Of a stretch of DNA of 32,000 bases, positions 1-7,969 are shown one piece after another. The stretch lies in assembly GCF_001644705.1 (NCBI RefSeq), contig NZ_CP015137.1:3060001-3092000 (forward strand), in the 5' to 3' direction. Each line of letters begins with the position of its first letter. Position 1 is the stretch's first letter. The position numbers were made by a program, and so were the translations under genes. The notes below the pieces were generated by a model, which was given only the letters and a program-made list of their open reading frames with translations, was not told where the DNA came from and made no database searches. The DNA comes from Dickeya solani IPO 2222 (GTDB lineage: Bacteria > Pseudomonadota > Gammaproteobacteria > Enterobacterales > Enterobacteriaceae).

Positions 1-623
1 CGACCGAACTGGAATATCACCGCGATGATTTGCCGTCGTGCATACGCTTTGTGGGGCCGTTGCCGTTGAAAGTGACCGAAGAGGATGCGGAACAGGCGCT
101 GTGGCCGTTACAGGACACCCGGCCGCTGGTGATTGTGTCGCAGGGAACGCTGGCGAATGTGGATTTGCAGCAATTAATTGGCCCGACGTTACGCGCGCTG
201 GCCGACCTGCCCGTCCGGGTGCTGGCGACCACCGGCGGGCGACCGGTGGAAGAGCTGGCCGCCTCGGCGCCGGAAAACGCATGGGTGTGCCGTTTTGTCT
301 CGCTGGAGCACTGGTTGCCGCAGGCGGCGCTGCTGATCACCAACGGGGGATACGGTTCGCTCAACGCGGCCTTGTCTCACGGTGTGCCGCTGATTGTGGC
401 CGGTACGGGAGAAGACAAGCTGGAAACCGCGGCGAGAGTGGTGTTTGCCGGCTGCGGGCTGAATCTCGGCACCAGCACGCCGGGCGAGCCGCAGATTGCC
501 GACGCGGTGATGCGCATCCTCGAACAACCCGGTTATACCCAGCGAGCGCGTTGGGTTCAGGCGGATTGCGCGCGTCATCACGCGCTGGAGGCGATCGCGG
601 AAGAGGTGGCGGCAATCGGGTAA
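1..623 (+). CDS. GT1-family (MGT/UGT-type) glycosyltransferase, C-terminal part; the 5' end lies outside the window
   Basis: The frame is open from the window edge (frame of nt 3) to the stop at 621-623. The translation carries the GT1 nucleotide-sugar-binding signature (HWLPQAALLITNGGYGSLNAALSHGVPLIVAGTGEDK) seen in macrolide/zeaxanthin-type glycosyltransferases. Confidence 0.75.
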   Translation, partial: TELEYHRDDLPSCIRFVGPLPLKVTEEDAEQALWPLQDTRPLVIVSQGTLANVDLQQLIGPTLRALADLPVRVLATTGGRPVEELAASAPENAWVCRFVSLEHWLPQAALLITNGGYGSLNAALSHGVPLIVAGTGEDKLETAARVVFAGCGLNLGTSTPGEPQIADAVMRILEQPGYTQRARWVQADCARHHALEAIAEEVAAIG

Positions 624-664
624 GCGTTTTACGCCGCTTATATCTAAAACACGTTGTCTGGATA

Positions 665-694
665 AACCACTGTCATTTGCACGGTGGTTTTTTT
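665..694 (+). terminator. Rho-independent terminator after the glycosyltransferase gene; may also serve the convergent ner-like gene
   Basis: Stem aaccac (665-670) pairs with gtggtt (684-689), followed directly by a T7 run (688-694). Confidence 0.55.
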
Positions 695-736
695 CACCGG
701 TGGGTGACGCGGTGCGTTATCCCCGCTGGCGAATAT

Positions 737-1024
737 TTAGACTGATGCCTGGGGTTTATTGGCGGTATTGCGCATCAGTTTTTTACGATCAACCCAGGTA
801 TGGGTTTGAGGATCATAATAACGGCTGGGCCATATTTCTTCCGGCTTAACGCCTAATGCGTCGGCGATCAGCAATTCCCCTTTCGGCCAGGGGCGATATA
901 AAGCGTTTGCCAATGTGCTTGAACTTAATCCTGCTTCTCGTGAGACCGCTGAGAGTGATGTCCCTTTCTTCCTTAGTGCAGCAATGATATCGGCGGAATG
1001 CCAGTCCATTCTCCTTGCGCGCAT
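737..1024 (-). CDS. nlp: Ner/Nlp (SfsB)-family small DNA-binding transcriptional regulator
   Basis: The 95-aa product (DWHSADIIAALRKKGTSLSAVSREAGLSSSTLANALYRPWPKGELLIADALGV...IWPSRYYDPQTH) is near-colinear with E. coli Nlp/phage Mu Ner. A GAGGA Shine-Dalgarno lies 5 nt upstream of the ATG at 1024. Confidence 0.85.
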   Translation of the reverse strand: MRARRMDWHSADIIAALRKKGTSLSAVSREAGLSSSTLANALYRPWPKGELLIADALGVKPEEIWPSRYYDPQTHTWVDRKKLMRNTANKPQASV

Positions 1025-1385
1025 GATTTATCCTCGATACTTGTGGCTGGTTGTTATTTTGGTTATGACATACTTTTACTATTACACACTTTTATAGGTA
1101 AAAAATACTCTTGAATTAAATTTAATTTAATAAAATTAGGGATATCATGTGCCATTAATCTGCTGAAAGCAGGTATTTGTTTGGTTATATGAAGGATAAG
1201 GCAAGGAAGTGTTTGATATATTTAATGAATGGAAACGTGTTGGATGCTGCGGTTGTGAAAGTATGATGGATGAAATAAATTCAATGGAATATATTTAATT
1301 TAAAACTAATTATCTGGTTAATAATTGGTGATGCTGAATACCAAATACCATCCTAAAATTTGGCGAAAGAAATTTAATAAACAGG

Positions 1386-2075
1386 ATGTCGCTTGTAATG
1401 ACCGTTGAGCACGATTATCTACGCTCGTTTATTCCCTTGCTGGATAGTCTGAGCGAGCCATGGGGAATCAAGGATCTGGCGTCTCGCCATGTGTATATGA
1501 ACACGCCAGCATACAGTTATACCAATACGCCGGTACGTTTTGATATTGAGGGCAAATCCGACGAAGAATTTCCGATCGCCTGGGCGGAATTATCGGGTGA
1601 TTTTATTGAACACGACCGTCGAACGGAGATCCGTGCTGAACGGGTTACTGTTATTGAAACCCATTACTGGTTTGGCAAAACAGAACTGTCGCCGTATATC
1701 AGTGAAAAAATTCCTCTTTTTAATCAGGCAAAAGAATGCGTGGGCATTTTGTGGAATGCCCGGCCGATGACCACATTGTCGCCACTGATTCATATTGATC
1801 GGCGTAAGCCAACCGTACTGAAAGCCGAAATAACCACCGATCTTTTTACTCGCGCTGAACTGGATACGCTCTTTCTGGTGTTGCGGCGTTTTTCCAGCAA
1901 GGAAATAGCGAAGCGGTTCAACCTGTCCAACAGAACGATCGAAAACAGAATACAAAACATGTACCAAAAAGCCGGTGTGCATTCGTTCAATCAGTTTGAA
2001 GCGTTTTGCTATCAACAGGGGCTGGACGGCTTTATACCTCACTCATTGCTGACCAAAGGCATTTTATTTATTTAA
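1386..2075 (+). CDS. LuxR-type HTH solo regulator with an N-terminal sensor-like (PAS-like) domain and no receiver domain
   Basis: The C-terminus (FTRAELDTLFLVLRRFSSKEIAKRFNLSNRTIENRIQNMYQKAGVHSFNQFEAFC) is a GerE/LuxR HTH. The ~150-aa N-terminus lacks the response-regulator Asp pocket and the AHL-binding signature. The gene is preceded by ~350 bp of very AT-rich DNA. Confidence 0.7.
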   Translation: MSLVMTVEHDYLRSFIPLLDSLSEPWGIKDLASRHVYMNTPAYSYTNTPVRFDIEGKSDEEFPIAWAELSGDFIEHDRRTEIRAERVTVIETHYWFGKTELSPYISEKIPLFNQAKECVGILWNARPMTTLSPLIHIDRRKPTVLKAEITTDLFTRAELDTLFLVLRRFSSKEIAKRFNLSNRTIENRIQNMYQKAGVHSFNQFEAFCYQQGLDGFIPHSLLTKGILFI

Positions 2076-2090
2076 GCAAGGATGGGTGAA

Positions 2091-3386
2091 ATGGAAAACA
2101 TTGATGATTATCCGGTGAGTCGGGTTCCGGCGTCGGTCCGGCTGCCATTTTTCAATGTGGCTTTGGTTCATATCGGCATGCTCACCGCGCTGGATCAGTT
2201 TATGTTGGGCGCGGTGCTGGGACATTCGATGACACTCGGCGAGGCTTTTCTGGCGATAGCCATCGGCAGCGCGATTTTCGGTGTCGTCACGCTGGGGCTG
2301 GGTTACGCGGGCATGAAGGAGGGATTGTCCGGCAGTCTGTTGGCGCGCTGGTGCGGTTTTGGCCGGATGGGGGCGGTGTTTATCGGCGCGATTATTGCCG
2401 TCAGCCTGTTGGGCTGGTTTGGCGTGCAAAACGCGGTGTTTGCCAAATCGCTTAATTTTGCGTTAGGCGACCGACTGGGATTTGGCTGGTCGGCAGCGCT
2501 TTCCGGCTGTGCGCTGACGCTACTGGTCACCTTCGGTTTCAGTGCGTTACGCTACACCGCCAGAATTGCAGTGCCGCTGTTTATCATGGTGGTGGGCTAT
2601 ATTTCGACCATGACGCTGACCGGGCACACTATTACCGAGTTGCTGCAAAAAGGCGTGTCTGGCGAGGTTATTTCAGTGAGTGCCGGTGCGACTATGGTGG
2701 TCGGCGGTTGTATTGTGGCAAGTCTGATCACCCCTGATATGACGCGTTATTCTCGTCGCGGGCGGCATGTTTTCTGGATCACGATGTTGTCGATCATTAT
2801 CGGCGAATTTATCGTCAATGGGCTGGCTATCCTGATTGCCCGCGCGCTCAATACCGCCGACATCGTGACTATCATGTCGCAGACGGCGGGCGGTATCGGG
2901 CTGATTACGGTCATTTTCTCTACCCTGCGCATCAATGACATCAATCTGTATTCATCGTCACTGGGCATTGCTAATGCGGTGGAAGGCATCACGGGCAGAA
3001 AGCTGAGTTACAAGGCCATCACGTTGTTGATCGGTTTTATCGGCACTTTTCTGTCGGTTATCGGCATTCTGGATCGATTTGTAGATTTCCTGACATTGCT
3101 GGGGGTGTTCTTCCCGCCGGTTATCGGGGTCATGCTGGTGGATTACTATATTCTGCGTACCAGCCGGCGGTTGCTGGACGAAAGCCGTCAGCGCGGCGAA
3201 CTACCGGATGCAGGCAGTACGCCATACGTCGGTTGGTCGGCGATTATCGCCAGTCTGATGGGGAGCGCCGTTGGGTTGTTCACCGAATGGGGTATCCCGG
3301 CGTTGAATTCGCTGCTGGCGGCCAGTCTGCTGTACTGGCTGATCAAGGTAACGTTACCGACAGCGAAATCCATCCGGAGTCGGTAA
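2091..3386 (+). CDS. NCS1-family purine/cytosine-type permease (CodB-like)
   Basis: The ~431-aa polytopic membrane protein has about 12 hydrophobic segments and CodB-like motifs. The ORF opens at ATG 2082, but ATG 2091 has better spacing to the AAGGA at 2076-2080. It starts 7-16 nt after the LuxR stop, so an operon is likely. Confidence 0.75.
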   Translation: MENIDDYPVSRVPASVRLPFFNVALVHIGMLTALDQFMLGAVLGHSMTLGEAFLAIAIGSAIFGVVTLGLGYAGMKEGLSGSLLARWCGFGRMGAVFIGAIIAVSLLGWFGVQNAVFAKSLNFALGDRLGFGWSAALSGCALTLLVTFGFSALRYTARIAVPLFIMVVGYISTMTLTGHTITELLQKGVSGEVISVSAGATMVVGGCIVASLITPDMTRYSRRGRHVFWITMLSIIIGEFIVNGLAILIARALNTADIVTIMSQTAGGIGLITVIFSTLRINDINLYSSSLGIANAVEGITGRKLSYKAITLLIGFIGTFLSVIGILDRFVDFLTLLGVFFPPVIGVMLVDYYILRTSRRLLDESRQRGELPDAGSTPYVGWSAIIASLMGSAVGLFTEWGIPALNSLLAASLLYWLIKVTLPTAKSIRSR

Positions 3387-3498
3387 TGTGACCACTACGT
3401 TGATCATCCTTGCGAAAACAGTCACCTACGCTTTCCACCTTTATCGGTAAGGTTATCCTGTTATCGTCAACATCGTCTGATATCATGTGATCAGAATT

Positions 3499-3530
3499 GG
3501 GGCGTGGTGGTCACGCCCCGCGTCTTTATT
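3499..3530 (+). terminator. Hairpin terminator downstream of the permease gene
   Basis: Stem ggggcgtg (3499-3506) pairs with cacgcccc (3512-3519). The following T tract (cgtctttatt) is weak. Confidence 0.4.
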
Positions 3531-3612
3531 GATATAGCAGCATTGAGATAGCAGCCCGGCATGGCTTGCCGGCGCGAGAGAAACTGCACCGAGTAATGTG
3601 AGGAAGCAACAG

Positions 3613-4512
3613 ATGACACAAATTCAAAGCGGTATTTTGCTGGAGCATCGCCGTTTTGCCATCTTCATGGAGGCTATGGTACAGGGAGAATTTGATGCCA
3701 TCCGCCAGGGGTGTAAGAAGTTCTGTCAGGCGCTGACCGAGTTGCAGCAACGTTTCCCTGACGCGGGTCTTGGCGCGGTCATCGCTTTTGGCTACGACGT
3801 CTGGCGCGAGCTGGATAGCGATAACAGCGCGCAAGAACTCAAGCCCTTCACGCCGCTGGGCAACGGGCTGGCGCCCGCCACTCAGCGCGACATGCTGATC
3901 CACATCCAGTCGCTACGTCATGACGTCAACTTTTCGCTGGCGCAGGCGTTGCTGGCGGCGTTTGGCAACACCATCAACATCGAAGAGGAAACCCACGGTT
4001 TTCGCTGGGTGGAAGACCGCGATCTGAGCGGTTTTGTCGACGGTACCGAAAATCCGCAGGGCGACGCCCGGCGTGACGTCGCCATCGTGCCGGACGGGCA
4101 GGTGGGCGAAGGCGGCAGCTATGTGTTTGTCCAGCGCTGGGAACACAATCTGCGCCAGTTGAACCGCCTGAGCGTGGAACAGCAGGAACAGATGATCGGC
4201 CGCACCAAACAAGATAACGAAGAGTTGTCGTCCGAGTCGCGGCCGGTGACTTCGCACCTGAGCCGTGTCGACCTCAAGGAAGACGGCAAGGGGCTGAAAA
4301 TCCTGCGTCAGAGCCTGCCTTATGGCACCGCCAGCGGCAAGCACGGCCTGTATTTCACCGCTTACTGCGCCCGGCTTTACAACATTGAACAGCAATTGCT
4401 GAGCATGTTCGGCGATCGCGACGGCAAACGCGACGATATGTTGCGCTTTACCCGCGCGGTCAGCGGCAGTTACTTCTTTGCCCCTTCTCTTGATCGTCTA
4501 TTGTCGCTATAA
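3613..4512 (+). CDS. yfeX: Dye-decolorizing (DyP-type) peroxidase / porphyrinogen oxidase YfeX
   Basis: Colinear with E. coli YfeX from [12 protein letters not shown] through [20 protein letters not shown] and [29 protein letters not shown]. The start at ATG 3613 was chosen by alignment to the E. coli N-terminus; the ORF opens at 3598. Confidence 0.93.
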   Translation: MTQIQSGILLEHRRFAIFMEAMVQGEFDAIRQGCKKFCQALTELQQRFPDAGLGAVIAFGYDVWRELDSDNSAQELKPFTPLGNGLAPATQRDMLIHIQSLRHDVNFSLAQALLAAFGNTINIEEETHGFRWVEDRDLSGFVDGTENPQGDARRDVAIVPDGQVGEGGSYVFVQRWEHNLRQLNRLSVEQQEQMIGRTKQDNEELSSESRPVTSHLSRVDLKEDGKGLKILRQSLPYGTASGKHGLYFTAYCARLYNIEQQLLSMFGDRDGKRDDMLRFTRAVSGSYFFAPSLDRLLSL

Positions 4513-4535
4513 GAGAATCCGGTTTTGCTACAGTC

Positions 4536-4564
4536 AGGCACTGCACCGCGGTGCCTGTTTTTTT
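4536..4564 (+). terminator. Rho-independent terminator of yfeX
   Basis: Stem caggcac (4536-4542) pairs with gtgcctg (4552-4558), followed by a T6 run (4559-4564). Confidence 0.75.
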
Positions 4565-4595
4565 GGCGCCGCCTGACGTCTCCCGGAGAGAGAAT

Positions 4596-5477
4596 GTGAC
4601 CACGCTTGAACACTGCGTCGGCAATACGCCGCTGATTAAATTACAACGTCTGGCTCAGCACACCGGCAGCGAGATCTGGCTGAAGCTGGAGGGCAATAAT
4701 CCGGCTGGTTCGGTGAAGGATCGAGCCGCGTTGTCGATGATCCAGCAGGCGGAACGCCGGGGCGAGATTACGCCGGGCGACACGCTGATTGAGGCCACCA
4801 GCGGCAACACCGGCATCGCGCTGGCGATGGTGGCGGCGATGAAAGGTTACCGGCTGCGTCTGCTGATGCCGGAAAACATGAGCCTGGAACGGCAGGCCGC
4901 GATGCGCGCCTATGGCGCGGAACTGCTGCTGGTCAGCCAACAGCAAGGGATGGAAGGGGCGCGCGATCTGGCCCGGCAGATGGCGCAGGCGGGCCAAGGC
5001 ACGCTGCTCGACCAGTTCAATAACCCGGATAACCCGCTGGCGCACTTCACCACCACCGGTCCGGAAATCTGGCGGCAGACACAGGGCCGCCTCACCCATT
5101 TCGTTTCCTGCATGGGCACCACCGGCACCATCACCGGCGTTAGTCGTTACCTGAAAAGCCAGAGCAAAACGGTTTGCACTGTCGGCCTGCAGCCGCAGGA
5201 CGGCAGCCAGATCCCTGGAATCCGTCGCTGGTCGCCGGACTATATGCCGGGGATCTTTCAGCCACAGCTGGTGGACCGGATTATGGATATGTCGCAGCAG
5301 GAGGCGGAAACTACCATGCAGCAACTGGCGCGGGTGGAAGGGGTGTTCTGCGGCGTCAGCTCCGGCGGCGCGGTGGCGGGGGCGCTACGTATCGCCGCCG
5401 AGCAGCCCGGCAGCCTGATCGTCACCGTGGTGTGCGATCGCGGCGATCGTTACTTGTCTACCGGTGTGTTTGGCTGA
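4596..5477 (+). CDS. cysM: Cysteine synthase B (O-acetylserine sulfhydrylase B)
   Basis: Near-colinear with E. coli CysM (TLEHCVGNTPLIKLQR...WLKLEGNNPAGSVKDRAALSMI...[16 protein letters not shown]...CDRGDRYLSTGVFG). GTG 4596 is preceded by GGAGAGAGA and aligns with the E. coli N-terminus. The upstream ATG at 4551 lies inside the yfeX terminator. Confidence 0.93.
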   Translation: MTTLEHCVGNTPLIKLQRLAQHTGSEIWLKLEGNNPAGSVKDRAALSMIQQAERRGEITPGDTLIEATSGNTGIALAMVAAMKGYRLRLLMPENMSLERQAAMRAYGAELLLVSQQQGMEGARDLARQMAQAGQGTLLDQFNNPDNPLAHFTTTGPEIWRQTQGRLTHFVSCMGTTGTITGVSRYLKSQSKTVCTVGLQPQDGSQIPGIRRWSPDYMPGIFQPQLVDRIMDMSQQEAETTMQQLARVEGVFCGVSSGGAVAGALRIAAEQPGSLIVTVVCDRGDRYLSTGVFG

Positions 5478-5529
5478 CGCGCTCGCGCGACGGCTGCTGA
5501 CAGGAGGTGTGCGGGAGGCGACGGCATAA

Positions 5530-5720
5530 GGCGCTTGGTTACGTCCCGCATTAACCGAAGCGGGTATCTGTGAACGAACCTGGCGTCGCAGGCAACTGTC
5601 GCCGGAGGACCGGCGTGCCAGTGCGGTCAGACCCCACCTGGCTAACAGATTAAGCGAGAAGGAAGAGCAGCAGATAAGTAACGACAACGCGTATGTGGAA
5701 TCGCTGTTCCAGGCGCTGAC
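5530..5720 (+). mobile_element. Relic of a DDE (rve-type) IS transposase with an internal deletion and no start codon
   Basis: The frame is open from 5530 with no initiator. It reads ...TEAGICERTWRRRQLSPEDRRASAVRPHLANRLSEKEEQQI (an HTH/N-terminal transposase-like segment) joined directly to SNDNAYVESLF (the conserved C-terminal DNxYxESxF transposase motif). The catalytic core between them is missing. Confidence 0.6.
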
Positions 5721-5918
5721 ATGTAGTGCTTTGATTGAATCGTGTCTCTGGACAGAAGGTATAGTAGAACTTCAGATGAGCCACATGGAAAAGAACAATG
5801 TTCGTGCCGCCTACACATTCTTGAACCGCATCGCCTGATGCTGCAATGGTGGGCCGATTTTCTGAATGCTAACCGGGATGGAATAATCAGGCCGCTTGAG
5901 TTTGCACAGCCAAAATAG
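5716..5918 (+). pseudogene. 3' relic of a P4/CP4-57-type tyrosine integrase, 5'-truncated and frameshifted
   Basis: The translation ...ALIESCLWTEGIVELQMSHMEKNNVRAAY stops at TGA 5836-5838. It resumes in the -1 frame as HILEPHRLMLQWWADFLNANRDGIIRPLEFAQPK*, with a stop at 5916-5918. This matches the conserved integrase C-terminus (..LSH...NxVRAAY......RRxMMQWWADYL). Confidence 0.7.
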
Positions 5919-6165
5919 AATGCTTCACAGGCCACAGGGAAAAGTGGCCTGAAATCGTAACAGCTCTGAATAACACCCGCTATTTTCATTCGCCTGTTAA
6001 TGCCCAGTCTTTTCCAGTGACTGAACCGACTTTCCCAAGATTATTCAATCCACTTAACGGGTTGAGAAATACTTACTGTTGACTCATCTGATAAAATATG
6101 TAGAAATCTTACTCTCACAGGGTTATGGATTTTGTGAAAACACATGGACACAGCGAGGGACTGAT

Positions 6166-6645
6166 ATGGCAAATCTTATTTATTTGAAGCTTACAGGTGA
6201 AAAACAGGGGCTTATATCTGCCGGATGTTCAACCGCAGACTCTATCGGTAATAAATACCAATCTGCGCACGAAGACGAAATTTTTGTCTATGAACTGATG
6301 AACCAGATAACAAGGGTAGATAATGTATCTTTACACCCCGTAGAAATCAGGAAACCTGTAGATAAATCCACACCACTTTTAGCTCAAGCATTGAATGATA
6401 ATGAAAAACTGAAATGTGAGTTTCTTTTTTACCGAACCTCTCCGTCAGGCGGTAATGAGCTCTATTTCAAAGTTAAGCTGAATGATGCCATCATTACAGA
6501 TCTTCGTTTCTTTTATCCCAATTCATTGACACATAATGAGATGCAGCCACAGGAAAATATCTCTTTCAAATTTGCATCAATCGAATGGGAGCATGTTGTT
6601 GCCCGTACTAGCTCTTATATATTGTGGAATAACGTAGAGTACTGA
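6166..6645 (+). CDS. hcp: Type VI secretion tube protein Hcp (Hcp1/TssD family), orphan copy
   Basis: The 159-aa product MANLIYLKLTGEKQGLISAGCSTADSIGNKYQSAHEDEIFVYEL...HPVEIRKPVDKSTPLL...FYRTS..GG.ELYFKVKL...SIEWEH has typical enterobacterial Hcp length and motifs. A GAGGGA Shine-Dalgarno (6152-6157) precedes ATG 6166; the ORF opens earlier at TTG 6079. The gene is AT-rich. Confidence 0.9.
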   Translation: MANLIYLKLTGEKQGLISAGCSTADSIGNKYQSAHEDEIFVYELMNQITRVDNVSLHPVEIRKPVDKSTPLLAQALNDNEKLKCEFLFYRTSPSGGNELYFKVKLNDAIITDLRFFYPNSLTHNEMQPQENISFKFASIEWEHVVARTSSYILWNNVEY

Positions 6646-6646
6646 T

Positions 6647-7480
6647 ATGACAACAGCTGTCTTACTTTATGGGTTTTATGATGAGAGTGAGCGACTAAGA
6701 AGGATAGCTCTTCTTGCTTCTTCTTTTTTCATTGAAGATAGAACCATTCGTATGGAGTATATTAAAGAGATAGATGATTTCATTAATTCACTCCGTTTGA
6801 AAATCACCTCTTCTACATCAGAATTTAGCGATCAGAATGCTATTTTAGAAGAGATAAGAAAAGAACGTGAATCCACAGAAAAAGAATATCAAAGATTAAG
6901 AGCAGGCGATTATATAAAATATATTGTTACCGATATCTTTGAAGACCAAGGTGTGTTGAAATACGCGAAAATTGCATCAGGTGTGGTTTCAGGTGGATTC
7001 CAGACATTTGCAGGATATAAACTAAATCAGTTTGGAAAAACGTTCCATATAAAACATTTTAAATCTTTTGGGATTTTACTAATAGCGCATGGCGCTAATA
7101 ATATGTACGAAGCGGCATCTCCGTTATTTAATGATGGAATACATAAATCTGGCACATTGAGAAATATATATAGGTATATTACCAATTCTTTTGGGTATAA
7201 CAACGATGATGGTGATTTACTCTATAGCGCAGGAGATCTTTCATTAACCTTATACGCTGCATTCAGAACACCAGTACTATTTGAAAATCCAAACCGCCTT
7301 GTATCCAAAGGTTTTATGGATAGTCCAAGAGCTATAAAATTATTCTACTACGTGAATAAAGATCACATTTCTAAATTTTCATCAGCAAGCAACTTGATGA
7401 AAATGTATATGGTCGGTAATTCGGCCAGAAAAGTTTACGCCGAATTCAAGGACGGAAATTACATCTATAGTAAAAATTAG
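6647..7480 (+). CDS. Uncharacterised 277-aa protein translationally coupled to hcp; candidate Hcp-dependent T6SS cargo effector. It resembles my recollection of the DUF4225 family, which is unverified
   Basis: The ATG at 6647 is 1 nt after the hcp TGA (6643-6645) and the composition is equally AT-rich. The N-terminus is charged and coiled-coil-like (EEIRKERESTEKEYQRLRAG). Gly/Ala-rich hydrophobic segments follow (YAKIASGVVSGGFQTFAGY; FGILLIAHGANNMYEAASPLF; LLYSAGDLSLTLYAAF). Confidence 0.6.
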   Translation: MTTAVLLYGFYDESERLRRIALLASSFFIEDRTIRMEYIKEIDDFINSLRLKITSSTSEFSDQNAILEEIRKERESTEKEYQRLRAGDYIKYIVTDIFEDQGVLKYAKIASGVVSGGFQTFAGYKLNQFGKTFHIKHFKSFGILLIAHGANNMYEAASPLFNDGIHKSGTLRNIYRYITNSFGYNNDDGDLLYSAGDLSLTLYAAFRTPVLFENPNRLVSKGFMDSPRAIKLFYYVNKDHISKFSSASNLMKMYMVGNSARKVYAEFKDGNYIYSKN

Positions 7481-7518
7481 CTTTCATTCACTACAAATGG
7501 AATATTTCAGACGCTAGA

Positions 7519-7908
7519 TTATTCCATCCGATACAACAATAACATGACTCTGAGAAACATCAATTTCAGAGTCATTTTCATGCTAATCTTGAAAAATACG
7601 GTTTTACTTTTAACAAAACAAATCATCATTACAATAAAAAGAAAAGAAAAAATCTTTAAGCTTTTCATCAAAACTTTATCTTCCAGGTAATCACCTATTG
7701 CAAAAAAAAGACATAAAGCAATAGTAATAACGATTCCGTCCCAGCATGAATACGCTGTTGAAAAAATATATTCCCGCAATGACTCTGCTGATTTTATATT
7801 CTTACTTTTTCTGTAAGGGTTTTCTTTAGTAGCCATATAATTTTTTTTGAGAACAAGCAACTCTTTCCTGGAAAGTCCTGTTTTTGCGATAAAATTCCGT
7901 TTGTTCAT
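7519..7908 (-). CDS. Small (129-aa) membrane protein of unknown function, convergent with the hcp cassette; candidate immunity protein
   Basis: This is a long ORF for such AT-rich, stop-rich DNA. An AAGGG Shine-Dalgarno lies 8 nt upstream of ATG 7908. The N-terminus is basic, followed by 2-3 hydrophobic helices (WDGIVITIALCLFFAIGDYL; IFSFLFIVMMICFV; LKLMFLRVMLLLY). Confidence 0.55.
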   Translation of the reverse strand: MNKRNFIAKTGLSRKELLVLKKNYMATKENPYRKSKNIKSAESLREYIFSTAYSCWDGIVITIALCLFFAIGDYLEDKVLMKSLKIFSFLFIVMMICFVKSKTVFFKISMKMTLKLMFLRVMLLLYRME

Positions 7909-7969
7909 TCTTGCTACCCTTTATCAAATAACCCAATAAAATAATTAATAATATTTTTCCTTCTTTTCT

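Noticed and set aside
1120-1303. An 11-bp direct repeat, atttaatttaa, at 1120-1130 and 1293-1303 (partial third copy near 1371) in the leader of the LuxR-solo gene, considered as regulator boxes.
   Set aside because: The surrounding DNA is almost pure A/T, where such matches are expected by chance, and there is no dyad symmetry typical of lux-type boxes.
4551-4595. Upstream ATG at 4551 as the cysM start (ORF-track start).
   Set aside because: It lies inside the yfeX terminator stem and T-run, adds 15 residues absent from E. coli CysM, and lacks an SD. GTG 4596 has GGAGAGAGA upstream and aligns with the known N-terminus.
5642-5989. 115-aa minus-strand ORF in the cysM-hcp spacer.
   Set aside because: The translation is Cys/Arg/Ser-rich with no features. 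It is antisense to the region whose plus strand shows clear transposase and integrase relic motifs.
7544-7690. 48-codon plus-strand ORF (MTLRNINFRVIFMLILKNTVLLLTK...) considered as a same-strand immunity gene downstream of the 277-aa protein.
   Set aside because: It has no Shine-Dalgarno. It is fully antisense to the longer, RBS-equipped 129-aa ORF. Short hydrophobic ORFs arise easily in AT-rich DNA.
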